From an uncultured Gemmatimonadales bacterium (lineage in GTDB: Bacteria; Gemmatimonadota; Gemmatimonadetes; Longimicrobiales; Gaopeijiaceae), in contig CAWELD010000003.1 of the NCBI GenBank assembly GCA_963809895.1, positions 3,360,001-3,424,000 on the forward strand: a stretch of DNA of 64,000 nt, written 5' to 3'. Shown one piece after another: positions 41,840 through 52,464 of this stretch. The position numbers and the translations under genes are program-made. The number at the start of each line of letters is the position of its first letter. Positions within the stretch are counted from its first letter, which is position 1. Below the pieces are notes generated by a model. That model did not search any database and was not told the origin of the DNA. It worked only from the letters and a program-made list of their open reading frames with translations.

Positions 41840-42338
41840 CGTCGCCTCCCTCCGTCTCGAGCTCGGCCTTCAGCCGGTCCTTCTCCTCGTCGCTGCCCAA
41901 CGCCTTCTGCAGCGCCTGATCCAGCTTGTAGTTGGTGGCGAGCTTCGACCGGAAGTCCGCGAGCTGCTTCCTCTTGTCCAGAAGCGCCTTGAGCGGCTCC
42001 ACCTGGTTCGCCACCCGGTCTGGCGAGAAGTCCTCGAAGCTCTCGAAGTTCAGATCCACGCCCAGCTTGCCACCGTCGTCGGACAGCTTGTTGTCGACGG
42101 AGAAGGTGAGGCGAGGATTCGAAGCCTTGAGGACCTTGTTGAAGTTGTCCGGATTGATCTCGGTGAATTCCCGATCTCTCACCTCCGGCAGCTCGCCGTC
42201 GCCGCTCAGGTCCGCCAGGACCCCCATGATGAACGGCAACTCCTTCTTGACGATGGCATCGCCGACCTCGACGTCGTACGAGATGTTGACCCTCGTCGGC
42301 CGCTGTCGATTGCGCCTTTTCTGGAAACTCTCCGCCAT
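41826..42338 (-). CDS. tssB: T6SS sheath small subunit
   Basis: RV.I.YDVE.G.A..KKELPF..GV.ADLSG and F.S.EDF.P..VA.QV..L motifs. Confidence 0.96.
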   Translation of the reverse strand: MAESFQKRRNRQRPTRVNISYDVEVGDAIVKKELPFIMGVLADLSGDGELPEVRDREFTEINPDNFNKVLKASNPRLTFSVDNKLSDDGGKLGVDLNFESFEDFSPDRVANQVEPLKALLDKRKQLADFRSKLATNYKLDQALQKALGSDEEKDRLKAELETEGGDDGES

Positions 42339-42430
42339 GTTTCGGCTCCTGCGCGGGTGGGCCCGGGCGAGTGGGCGACTGCGCGACCTGTCCGCCTTGC
42401 GCGACGGTCCCGAGGAACAGGCCGGCCAAG

Positions 42431-42466
42431 AGTTGACAACTACATCGGCTCGCGGACGTCTGTCAA
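42431..42466 (-). promoter_or_regulatory. Candidate sigma70 promoter/operator for the tssB-tssC-hcp operon
   Basis: The minus strand reads TTGACA-N18-TAGTTG. The region also contains the inverted repeat TTGACA-N22-TGTCAA and the palindrome AGTTG-A-CAACT. Confidence 0.5.
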
Positions 42467-42527
42467 GCAGATCGACCGGTCGGCGGCCGTCGCGACCGGC
42501 CCGTGGCGAGCCGCGGCTTCGCGACGC

Positions 42528-44036
42528 TCAACCTGCACTCCACCATGCCGATAGCGGGGCTCCACCCACCTGCGTGGAGAAGAGCGTCGGCACGCGCAGC
42601 CGCGCCTCCTGCCTGTAGCCTGCCAGGGGGACGACGCCACGGTTGGCGATGCGGCGCAAGGCGTCGGCGTTCCAGACCGCTTCCACCGGGTGGGCCAGTA
42701 CCCTCCCGGCGGCGCCCACGTGGATCGGCAGGCCCGAGAGGTCGTGCGGCGCCGGTGACAAGGACCAGCCCCGCTCGAGAAAGGAGCGCGCCAGCGCCGC
42801 CGCCGCCGGGAACGCCGGGTTGCCCCACAGGTAGGCGTCGCCGGCCGCGACCTCCGCTTCCTCCACCGGAAAGGTCTCGCAGGGATCCGTGTCTTCGCCG
42901 TAGGGGAGCCGCACCAGGTATCGCGGTGCCACAAGTCCCACGGACGCCGCGGCCTCGGTCCGGCGGAAGGCGTCCCAGGCCGGCGTGTCGGGCTCGGGCC
43001 AATCGTAGTCGGCCGGAGGATCGGCCCAGCCCGCGAGTCCCAGCAAGCCGGCGCCGGCGCCGGCCAGCAGGGGGATCCCCGAGGCGTGTGCCAGCATGGC
43101 CAGGCGGTTGAGGAGAGCGACGTCTCGCGCCTCGCCACCGAACGCCTCCGCCAGCACCACCAGCGCCGGGGCACCCTCCCCAGGGCCCGGAAGCGGCTCC
43201 AGGAGCGCCCGCGCCAGGCGACTTCGCTCCAACGAGCCCGCATCGGGCCCGCCCACGTCGGCTGCGAGCTCCGCCCGCGACACGTCCAGCACGTAGCATC
43301 TGACCTCGGGCCACTCCACGCCGGCCAGCAGGAAGAGGAGCGAGCGCCAGAGCGCCTCGAGATCGCGCACCGCCGGCGCGTGCAGCACCTCGACGATCCT
43401 GCGGGCCGCCTCTCGCTCGAGGCGGGCGCGCAACTCCGACTGTGCGTCGCTCTCGTCGGGCACGCGGTGCTCCTCCACCACGTCGCGAACCCAGGCGCTC
43501 AGGTCACCCAGGGGCCCCGAGTCGGGCGGTGCCTCTACCCGGGGCGTCGCCTCCACGATGTCGTCGAGCAGGCTCTCCGAAGCGGCGGGGGCGTCGGCCG
43601 GCTCCCCGTCGTCGTCACCGCTCGGTCCGGCGCTGCCGCCGCGGCTGGCCGCGGTCTCGGCGGGCCCCGCGGCCGCTCCCTCCAGGGCAGAGGTGATGGA
43701 TGCGCGCAGGCTCTGCAACTGCGGCACGCGCTTCACCAGACGGTCCGGTCGGAAATCCGCGATCTCGCCGACGTCGAAGGTCACGGGGCCCGACCCGTCC
43801 AGCTGGAACTCCACCCGGGGCCGCAACTCGCCCAACAGCTCGTCGGGGTCGGTCACAGCCAGCACGCGGCGCTGGTCCAGGGGCGGAGCCGAGGGGCCGT
43901 CCCGGTGTCCGCGCCCGGAGAAGTCGCCCACCACCAGGATCCGGAACGGAGGCGTCTCGGCCGACTCCACGGGGCCTGTCGTACGGCCCGGGTTCGTGGA
44001 GAGGGCGATGCGAACGCGGTCGGAGTCCGGGTCCAT
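42528..44036 (-). CDS. Single-chain TssB-like plus partial TssC-like sheath-domain protein
   Basis: N-term PFRILVVGDFSGR…DF.PDRL…P.L..LR (VipA-like). C-term LH.P..R.LEA.WRSL, W.AFR…PRYL.RLPYG…..P.E.F..EE and YLWGNPAF (VipB N-domain-like). Confidence 0.75.
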   Translation of the reverse strand: MDPDSDRVRIALSTNPGRTTGPVESAETPPFRILVVGDFSGRGHRDGPSAPPLDQRRVLAVTDPDELLGELRPRVEFQLDGSGPVTFDVGEIADFRPDRLVKRVPQLQSLRASITSALEGAAAGPAETAASRGGSAGPSGDDDGEPADAPAASESLLDDIVEATPRVEAPPDSGPLGDLSAWVRDVVEEHRVPDESDAQSELRARLEREAARRIVEVLHAPAVRDLEALWRSLLFLLAGVEWPEVRCYVLDVSRAELAADVGGPDAGSLERSRLARALLEPLPGPGEGAPALVVLAEAFGGEARDVALLNRLAMLAHASGIPLLAGAGAGLLGLAGWADPPADYDWPEPDTPAWDAFRRTEAAASVGLVAPRYLVRLPYGEDTDPCETFPVEEAEVAAGDAYLWGNPAFPAAAALARSFLERGWSLSPAPHDLSGLPIHVGAAGRVLAHPVEAVWNADALRRIANRGVVPLAGYRQEARLRVPTLFSTQVGGAPLSAWWSAG

Positions 44037-44152
44037 GGCTGCTTCCGGGAGGGGAGCGTCGCGGGGCCGGACACAGGCTGGCCGAGGCCGGCGGCGGATG
44101 CTATAGGTCAGAGGTGGTCGCGCGGGCCACTCTCAGCCCATGGTAGGAGATC

Positions 44153-45556
44153 ATGAGACAGACGCAAGGCGTCCTGTGGACCAAGGGCGTGCTCCTGAAT
44201 CCCCAGCACCTGCAGCTGCAGGACCGGTACCTGGAAGACAAGCTGGCCTTCCACGTGTCGAGCCTGTCCTTCTGTCCGTGGGGATTCCTGGACTACGACA
44301 TCGACGCCGACGCGCTGTCGGGTGGCCAGTTCCGGCTCTCGCGGGCCTCCGGGCTCATGCCCGACGGGCTCGTCTTCGACATCCCCGCGGCCGACGGGCC
44401 GCCGCCGCCCCGCGACGTGGACGAGCACTGGAAGCCGGACCAGACCCGAATGGCCATCTATCTGGCCATCCCCGAGCTGGTCGACGGGGGCCGCAACGTG
44501 GGGTCGGAGGCCGGAGACACCAGCGCGCGCTTCTCACCCGAGATCCTGTCGGTGCGCGATGAGAACACCGGCCGCGCCGAGAAGGACATCCTCGTCGCCC
44601 GCAAGAACTTCCGCATTCTGTTCGAGAACGAGGCGATGGAGGGCTCCACCCTCATGCAGGTCGCGCGTCTCGTACGGACGCCTGCCGGTGAGACCACGCT
44701 GGACACGACCTACGTTCCCGAGATCCTGGACATCTCGGCCAGCGACCACCTCATGAGCATCACCCGCCGGCTCGTGGAGATCCTCACGGCCAAGGCCACC
44801 GAGTTGGGCGGCATCCGGCGCCAGCGCGGCCAGGTCGCCGACTTCGGCCGGCTCGACATCGCCCACTTCTGGCTGCTCTACACGGTCAACAGCCACCTGC
44901 CCGTCTTCCGCCACCTGCTGGCCGAGACGGGGCGGCCCCGGGCGGCCGGCGGGCCCGGTCCTCGCCGGGCGCATCCGGTGGAGCTCTTCCGCGCCATGGC
45001 GGAGATGGCCGCCACGCTCATGACCTTCGCCCCCGGACGGCACCCCAGGGACCTGCCCTCGTACGATCACGACCGGCTGTCCGAGTGCTTCACCGAGTTG
45101 GACGGCCTGCTGCGGGAGCTCCTCGAGACCGCCATCCCCACCAACTGCGTGACACTCCCGCTGGAGCGGATGGACACCTCGCTGTACGCGACCTCGCTGG
45201 ATGACGATCGCCACCTCTCGGCGGTGCAGGCCTATCTGGCCGTGACCACGGAGATGGATCAAGCACGCCTCATCAAGAAGGCCGCGGACTGGATCAAGGT
45301 GGGATCCCGGGATCAGATCCGGGACCTGCTGGGCCAGGCGGTGTCCGGCGTGGCGCTCCGCCACCAGCCCACTCCGCCCAACGAGGTGCCGCTCAAGACC
45401 GGCTGTCAGTACTTCCACCTGGAAACGTCGGGGCCCCGCTGGTCGGCGATCCTCAGGTCCCGGAGCCTGGCGGCGTGGGTGTCGTCCGAGATCCCGGATC
45501 CGCACCTGGAGCTCGTGCTGCTCCTGCCTTCCGGAAAGGACACCGGGGGCCGGTAG
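44153..45556 (+). CDS. tssK: T6SS baseplate TssK (copy 1)
   Basis: V.W..G..L.PQH.Q.QD.Y, WG, G.MPDG..FD.P, HP..LF, LP.YDH and YF.L…GP.W motifs. Confidence 0.92.
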   Translation: MRQTQGVLWTKGVLLNPQHLQLQDRYLEDKLAFHVSSLSFCPWGFLDYDIDADALSGGQFRLSRASGLMPDGLVFDIPAADGPPPPRDVDEHWKPDQTRMAIYLAIPELVDGGRNVGSEAGDTSARFSPEILSVRDENTGRAEKDILVARKNFRILFENEAMEGSTLMQVARLVRTPAGETTLDTTYVPEILDISASDHLMSITRRLVEILTAKATELGGIRRQRGQVADFGRLDIAHFWLLYTVNSHLPVFRHLLAETGRPRAAGGPGPRRAHPVELFRAMAEMAATLMTFAPGRHPRDLPSYDHDRLSECFTELDGLLRELLETAIPTNCVTLPLERMDTSLYATSLDDDRHLSAVQAYLAVTTEMDQARLIKKAADWIKVGSRDQIRDLLGQAVSGVALRHQPTPPNEVPLKTGCQYFHLETSGPRWSAILRSRSLAAWVSSEIPDPHLELVLLLPSGKDTGGR

Positions 45557-45608
45557 CCGGCGGAGGGAGTGCCGCTCGCTCGAGAACGGCGGACGGCGGG
45601 CGCTACCC

Positions 45609-46730
<1,122 letters not shown>

Positions 46731-46848
46731 GGGCCGAAAACGTATCCCGCGCGACCCGGAACAAGCAACCGCCAGCCTTGCCAACCAGGGGGCCAGCCCG
46801 GAAGTTGCCAGAGTCGGAGAGTCACGTTTCCGCTACCCCGCAGGCCCC

Positions 46849-48204
46849 GTGGGAATTCCCTCGCTTTCCCGGGTGGTCTGGAGCGAGGGCATGCACCTCG
46901 CCCAGCATCACTTCCAGGCTCAGTGCCGCTATCTCGAGAGCGCGATGCACTTCGCGCTCTCGTCGGCCTTTCACGGGATCTACGGGTTCCTCTCGCTCGA
47001 ACTGGACGACGAGGCGCTCTGGAACGGGACGGTGTCGCTGGTGCGCGCCGCCGGCGTGGCCCCTGACGGGCTGGCCTTCGACCTGAGCGATGCGGATCAC
47101 CTGCCCGAGACGCGCAAGGTCGCCGACCTGCTGGCCGCCGACCAGGACGCGGTCGTGCTCCACCTGGCCGTGCCCGCCTACCGGCGTGACCGCGCCAACT
47201 GCGCCGACGACGACGGGACCGACGGCGAGCGCCGCCGCTTCCGCGCCGAGACCGTCACCCTCTTCGACGAGACCACCGGCACCGACGCACGCCAGGTCCG
47301 CGTGGGCCGAGGCAACCTGGAGATCCTGACGGATTCCGAGCTGGACGACCACATCGTGAGCCTGCCCATGGCCAGGGTACGCGCGGAGGGGTCGGGACAC
47401 TTCGTCTACGATCCTCTCTTCGTGCCCCCGGTGCTCCGGGTCGGCGCCAGCGCGCGCATCACGGCGCTGCTCGAGGGTCTCGTGGAGATGCTGGAAGCCA
47501 AGGGAGAGGCGCTGGCGTCGCGACTGCCCGGCGCGGACTCCATGTCGGGGACCACGGCCCGGGAGCTCATCGGTCTGTGGCTCACCCACACCGTGTACAC
47601 GGGCCTGGCGCCGCTCAGGAGCCAGCTCGAGCACGGCCGCGCTCATCCCCGCGAGGTGTACGAGAACCTCGCCCGCCTCGCCGGCGCCCTGTGCACCTTC
47701 TCGCTGGAATCCGAGGCCCGGGATCTCCCGCTCTACGACCACGACCAGCCCGGCGAGGCCTTCGCCGCGCTGGACCGCCGCATCCGCAGGCACCTCGAGG
47801 TCATCGTGCCCGAGAGCCACCTGACGGTGCGGCTCACGCGAACCGAGCCCAACGTCCACACGGCCACGCTGGAGGACAAGCGGGCACTGGAACGCTCCGA
47901 ATGGGTGCTGGGCGTGCGCTCCGCCGCCTCCGCGGCCGCGGTGATCGCCGAGGTGCCGCGCACGGTGAAGGTGTGCTCGGCCGAAGACGTGATGCGGCTC
48001 GTGCAGGACGCCAACCCGGCCCTGCCGCTGGAGCACCTGGCGGCACCTCCCGGCACCATCGCTCCCCGGGTCGGCAGCCACTACTTCCGCATCCGGCACC
48101 AGGGCCGGAGCTGGGATCTGATCCGGGCCCGCTCCTCCGTGGGCGTGTACGTCCCCGACGCCTTGCCGGAGGCGGAGCTGGAGCTGTTGATCATTCCCGA
48201 ATGA
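46849..48204 (+). CDS. tssK: T6SS baseplate TssK (copy 2); start approximate
   Basis: VVWSEGMHL..HHFQ.Q, YGF, PDGL.FD, HP.E.Y..L.RLAGALCTFS and LP.YDH motifs. Confidence 0.92.
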   Translation: MGIPSLSRVVWSEGMHLAQHHFQAQCRYLESAMHFALSSAFHGIYGFLSLELDDEALWNGTVSLVRAAGVAPDGLAFDLSDADHLPETRKVADLLAADQDAVVLHLAVPAYRRDRANCADDDGTDGERRRFRAETVTLFDETTGTDARQVRVGRGNLEILTDSELDDHIVSLPMARVRAEGSGHFVYDPLFVPPVLRVGASARITALLEGLVEMLEAKGEALASRLPGADSMSGTTARELIGLWLTHTVYTGLAPLRSQLEHGRAHPREVYENLARLAGALCTFSLESEARDLPLYDHDQPGEAFAALDRRIRRHLEVIVPESHLTVRLTRTEPNVHTATLEDKRALERSEWVLGVRSAASAAAVIAEVPRTVKVCSAEDVMRLVQDANPALPLEHLAAPPGTIAPRVGSHYFRIRHQGRSWDLIRARSSVGVYVPDALPEAELELLIIPE

Positions 48205-48217
48205 GGGGCACCGCGTC

Positions 48218-48940
48218 ATGATGCACGACACGCGACTCGCCACGGCCACCAACCCGGGCGCCAACCCCCGGGGGCGTCTCGCCCTGGCCTTCCAGGAGGC
48301 GCTCACCGTCATCGTGCGCCTGCGGGAGAAGCGCCAGGTACCGAGCGATCCGTCGGCCTTCCGGGCCCGCATGCGGGACATGCTCCTGGGGGCGGACCAG
48401 GAGGCGCGGCGCATGGGCTATCCCGCGGAGTTCGTGCGCATCTCGGTCTACTGCGTCATCGCCTACCTGGACGAGACGGTGCTGGCCACCCCCGGCCCTC
48501 TGTCCAGCGCATGGGTGGGCAGGCCCATGCAGGAGGAGGTCTTCGGCGACGCGGTCGCCGGCGAGAACTTCTTCCGGCACCTGGACGAGCTGTTGGCGCG
48601 GCAGGACTCGGCGTTCGTCGCCGACGTCCTGGAGGTCATGCTCCTGTGCATGCTTCTGGGATTCAAGGGCCGCTACGCGTCGTCCGACGGAAGCGAGCTC
48701 GCCATCCGCATCCGGTCGACCCGTGACAAGGTCGAGCGCATCCGCGGAGGTGCCGGCCCGCTGTCGCCCCGGGCCTATCCTCCGGCCGACGAGGGCGTGG
48801 TGCGCGGGGGCGACCCGTGGCTGCGCAGGCTCTCGCTGGTCTTCCTCGGCACCGCCGTGACGGTATTCCTGCTCTTCCTCCTGCTCCGGTTCCTCTCGCT
48901 CCCCGCCGGGGTCGACAGGATCCACGAGCTCGCCGGCTAG
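48218..48940 (+). CDS. tssL: T6SS membrane subunit TssL (DotU), without an OmpA extension
   Basis: A.LDE.VL, W…P.Q.E.FG…AGE.FF..L..LL, LEV…C..LGFKGRY and a C-terminal TM. Confidence 0.92.
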   Translation: MMHDTRLATATNPGANPRGRLALAFQEALTVIVRLREKRQVPSDPSAFRARMRDMLLGADQEARRMGYPAEFVRISVYCVIAYLDETVLATPGPLSSAWVGRPMQEEVFGDAVAGENFFRHLDELLARQDSAFVADVLEVMLLCMLLGFKGRYASSDGSELAIRIRSTRDKVERIRGGAGPLSPRAYPPADEGVVRGGDPWLRRLSLVFLGTAVTVFLLFLLLRFLSLPAGVDRIHELAG

Positions 48941-48979
48941 CCGCACCCCCGAGCCCTCCGCACCGGAGTCCCGATTTCC

Positions 48980-51900
48980 ATGCCCAGACCACGGATGCCC
49001 AGACCACGCTCCCTCCTCGTGGGCGCACCCGTCCTCATGGTCGTGGCGGTCCTGGGGTTCATGGCCGGCTCGGGATTGGACAACCGCTGGCTGCGGTGGG
49101 GCGTGCGGGCGGCCATCTGGATGCTGGGGGCGATGATCGTCTACTTCATCCTCCAGCTCATGCGCCGGGCCGGAGGCCCCCGCAAGAAGGCTGCCCCGGA
49201 CCCCGTCGACGGCATCCTCAGCGAGGCGCGCAAGCGGCTCAAGGCGGCGGGGGTCAAGGGGCGCGGAGCCATGGACCGGCTGCCCATGGTGCTGGTCATG
49301 GGGCCCCGGGGCTCGGCCAAGACCACGCTGGTGCTGCAGTCGGACCTGGACGCCGAGCACCTGGCCGGCAACCTGCGCTCCGACGGCCTGGTGGCGCCCA
49401 CCGAGGCCCTCAACCTCTGGTACGACGACGGACGGGTGGTGGTGGAGGCCGCCGGCGCGCTGGCGGTGGAGCCCACGCGCTGGTCGACCCTGGTCTCGAA
49501 GCTACGCCCCCGGCGCTGGCTGCCGGCGCTGCTCGGGCGTCCACAAGCTCCCCGGGTGGCCGTGGTCTGCTTCAGCGTCGAGGACCTCATGGAGCTGAGC
49601 GCGGGCGACGGAGCCGGGAGCGCGGCCCGCAACCTGCGGGACCGCCTGACCGAGCTCTCCGAGGCCATCGGCATCCGACTCCCCGTCTACGTGGTCTTCA
49701 CCAAGGCCGACCGCATTCCCCACTTCGAGGAGTTCGTCGAGAACCTCACGGACCCGGAAGTCCAGGAGATCCTGGGCACCACGCTGCGCGCCCTGGGCGA
49801 GTCGACGGCGGGAACCTGGGCCGAGCGTGAGAAGGACCGCCTGGCCGGGTCCTTCGAGGAGATGTTCCAGAGCCTGGCAGAGCGCCGGCTCGAGGTCCTC
49901 GATCGCGCGGGCTCCACGGAGGGGAACGGCGCCGCGTACGAGTTCCCGCGGGAGTTCCGCAAGCTCGCGCCCACGGCCATCGACTTCCTGGTGGAGCTGT
50001 GCCGGCCCAGCCAGCTGCGCGTGAGCCCGTTCCTCCGGGGATTCTACTTCACCGGCGTGCGCCCCGTGGTGGTCGAGGAGGGCGCACCGCGCTACGAGGC
50101 GCCTCCGGCCCTCGAGGAGGCCGCGCCGGCCGGAGCCACGCAGGTGTTCAACCTCCAGGCGGCCCAGGCCAGGGCGGCGCAGGCCTCCTCCGGCTCCCGG
50201 GAGGGCCGTCAGCGCCGCGTGCCCCAGTGGGTCTTCCTGCAACGCATCCTGCGCAAGGTGGTCCTGCAGGACCGGGTGGCCATGGGGATCACCACCAGCG
50301 GCATCGGGTTGTCGGCGCTGCGTCGGATCTACTGGGCGGCCGGCATCGGCCTGTTTCTGGTCCTGGGCCTCTCGCTGATGGTGTCCTACAACAGGGAGCG
50401 AGGCCTGCAGGACGAGGTGGCGACCGCCATGGCGGCCCTTCCCCGGTCCGTGCCCGGTGGGCGCGGCGTGGCGTCCATGGACGACATCCGGCGGCTGGAC
50501 GCCCTGCGCGCGGTCACCGACAAGCTGTCACGCTACGAGAACGGCCACCGGCCGCTCCGCAACCTCCTCTTCATGTACACGGGTGGAGACCTCTACCCCA
50601 CCGCTCGCGAACGCTACTTCCAGGTGTTCCGGCCCCTGCTCTTCAACCGCGCCTTCGACGGCATCCAGAGCGATCTGCGCAGCCCCCCCGAGCCTCCCAC
50701 CTTCGCCGACTACGACCGCACCTACCGCGCGCTCAAGGCCTACATCGAGATGACCGACGAGCCAGGGCACGCCGAGGCGGGCTTCTTCGGCGACGTGCTC
50801 ACGGACTACTGGGCCGGGAGCGAGGACCTGGGCGACGACCGCCAGGAGCTGGCGCGGGCGCAGTTCGCCTTCTACGGCTCGGAGCTGCCCTACGGCAATC
50901 CCTACACGCTCAACGCCGACCCCTCGCTGGTGGGCCCGACGCGTCAGTTCCTCGTGCGCAACACCAACGAGGAGTCCTTCTACCGGAGCCTCGTCGGTCA
51001 ATGGAGCAGCCGCTTGCCCGCGGCACGCCTGGCGACCGACCGCCCCGAGACGGCGCCTTTCGTGGCATCGGAGGCCGAGGTTCCGGGAGCCTTCACCCGG
51101 ATGGCCTGGGACTCGGTGCACACAAGCCTCGCCCGATCGGATCAGGCCCTGAGCCTCGATCGCTGGGTGGTGGGTGAGGGATTCTTCGCGTCGGTGCTGC
51201 AGCAGGGCTTCGACACGGATTCGCTGGCCCCACGCCTCCGCAGCCGTTACGAGACCGACTACAGGGACGCCTGGGTGAGCTTCCTGAGCGACACCCAGCT
51301 GCAGACGCGCAGCCTGGGCGGCGCACGCAACTGGTTGGCCGACCTGGGCGGGAACCGGTCGGCGGTCTTCCAGATCCTGGAGTACGTGGATTCCCAGACC
51401 GCCGTGAACGCGCCGGCGGTGCGGAACACGTTCGCCGCCCTCGATGCCCTGGTGCCACCGGACAGCGTGCGCGGAACCAAGCTGTACAGCGACGAGGCGG
51501 GCAGCGCCTACCTGGTCCAGCTCCAGACGCTGGGGCAGGCGGTGGGACGGCTGGCCGACAGCCCCGGCGATCCGACGGCGGGCGATCAGGTGCGGACCGC
51601 CGCCGCCACCGGGCTCCAGTTCGTGAGCCAGACCAGCCTGGGCTTTCCCGGCGAGCCCGCCGAGGCCCGCACCGCCAGCGGCGCCGTCACGGCCCTGCTG
51701 TCCCGCCCCTTCCGCTGGGCCGAGGCCCAGGCGGGCCAGGGCCCGCAAATGGCGGCCAACGGAATCGCACAGGAGTTCTGCCAGCGCCAGGAGGGGCGCG
51801 TGCTGGGTCGCTACCCCTTCGAGCCGAACCGACCCGAAGCGGCAGTGGAGGACGTGGCCGCCTTCCTGGCGCCCGACGGCGGTGAGCTGCGAGCGTTCAT

Positions 51901-52393
51901 GGACGAGGTCGACGCCACCGGCGCCAACCTCACCTCCGCCTACGACCGTTTCCGCACCCGGGCGCTGGAGGTCTCCAGGGCCTTCTACCAGCGCGGCGGC
52001 GACATGGGCTTCGACTTCACCTTCCAGGTCACCAACTTCCAGGGCGTGGACCGGGTGGAGCTGCGCGTGGACGGCCAGGTGGGCGTCTTCACCCCGTCGC
52101 TGTCCAACAGCGAGCGCTTCGTGTGGGATCCCGCGTCGGCGGAGCAGGCCATTCTGGAGGTGCGATCGGGGCAGAATCCCCCGGTGTCACTGGACTTCGC
52201 CGGACCGTGGGCGGTGTTCCGCCTCTTCCATCAGGGCGAGTGGCAGGGCGGCAGCAGCGGCGAGTTCTCCGTCACCTGGGCGCTCCCCGACGGCGGCAGC
52301 GTGACGGGCCTGCTGGCGCCCCGGGGCGGCGTTCCCATCCTGCGTCGGGGCTACCTCGACGCCCTCGATTGCCCCCGGGTCGTGGCGCGATGA
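48980..52393 (+). CDS. tssM: T6SS membrane subunit TssM (IcmF)
   Basis: N-terminal TMs, LP..L..G..GS.KTT, LPVYV.FTK.D….F.EF, YEFP.E, P.LRGFYFT, a third TM and C-terminal GPW..FRL. Confidence 0.92.
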   Translation: MPRPRMPRPRSLLVGAPVLMVVAVLGFMAGSGLDNRWLRWGVRAAIWMLGAMIVYFILQLMRRAGGPRKKAAPDPVDGILSEARKRLKAAGVKGRGAMDRLPMVLVMGPRGSAKTTLVLQSDLDAEHLAGNLRSDGLVAPTEALNLWYDDGRVVVEAAGALAVEPTRWSTLVSKLRPRRWLPALLGRPQAPRVAVVCFSVEDLMELSAGDGAGSAARNLRDRLTELSEAIGIRLPVYVVFTKADRIPHFEEFVENLTDPEVQEILGTTLRALGESTAGTWAEREKDRLAGSFEEMFQSLAERRLEVLDRAGSTEGNGAAYEFPREFRKLAPTAIDFLVELCRPSQLRVSPFLRGFYFTGVRPVVVEEGAPRYEAPPALEEAAPAGATQVFNLQAAQARAAQASSGSREGRQRRVPQWVFLQRILRKVVLQDRVAMGITTSGIGLSALRRIYWAAGIGLFLVLGLSLMVSYNRERGLQDEVATAMAALPRSVPGGRGVASMDDIRRLDALRAVTDKLSRYENGHRPLRNLLFMYTGGDLYPTARERYFQVFRPLLFNRAFDGIQSDLRSPPEPPTFADYDRTYRALKAYIEMTDEPGHAEAGFFGDVLTDYWAGSEDLGDDRQELARAQFAFYGSELPYGNPYTLNADPSLVGPTRQFLVRNTNEESFYRSLVGQWSSRLPAARLATDRPETAPFVASEAEVPGAFTRMAWDSVHTSLARSDQALSLDRWVVGEGFFASVLQQGFDTDSLAPRLRSRYETDYRDAWVSFLSDTQLQTRSLGGARNWLADLGGNRSAVFQILEYVDSQTAVNAPAVRNTFAALDALVPPDSVRGTKLYSDEAGSAYLVQLQTLGQAVGRLADSPGDPTAGDQVRTAAATGLQFVSQTSLGFPGEPAEARTASGAVTALLSRPFRWAEAQAGQGPQMAANGIAQEFCQRQEGRVLGRYPFEPNRPEAAVEDVAAFLAPDGGELRAFMDEVDATGANLTSAYDRFRTRALEVSRAFYQRGGDMGFDFTFQVTNFQGVDRVELRVDGQVGVFTPSLSNSERFVWDPASAEQAILEVRSGQNPPVSLDFAGPWAVFRLFHQGEWQGGSSGEFSVTWALPDGGSVTGLLAPRGGVPILRRGYLDALDCPRVVAR

Positions 52394-52464
52394 GCCCTCG
52401 CCCGCCCTATGTTGGTGCCCCTGCGCCGTTCCCGATGACGCACACACCGAGTCCATGGAGACCC

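Noticed and set aside
28881..42338. Prophage tail or extracellular contractile injection system (eCIS/Afp)
   Set aside because: ClpV, TssK, TssL, TssM, TssA and TagJ identify a membrane-anchored T6SS. No capsid, terminase or tape-measure genes are present.
42339..42430. c-di-GMP or other known riboswitch in the tssB leader
   Set aside because: I could not match the conserved GEMM features by eye. An Infernal/Rfam search would be needed.
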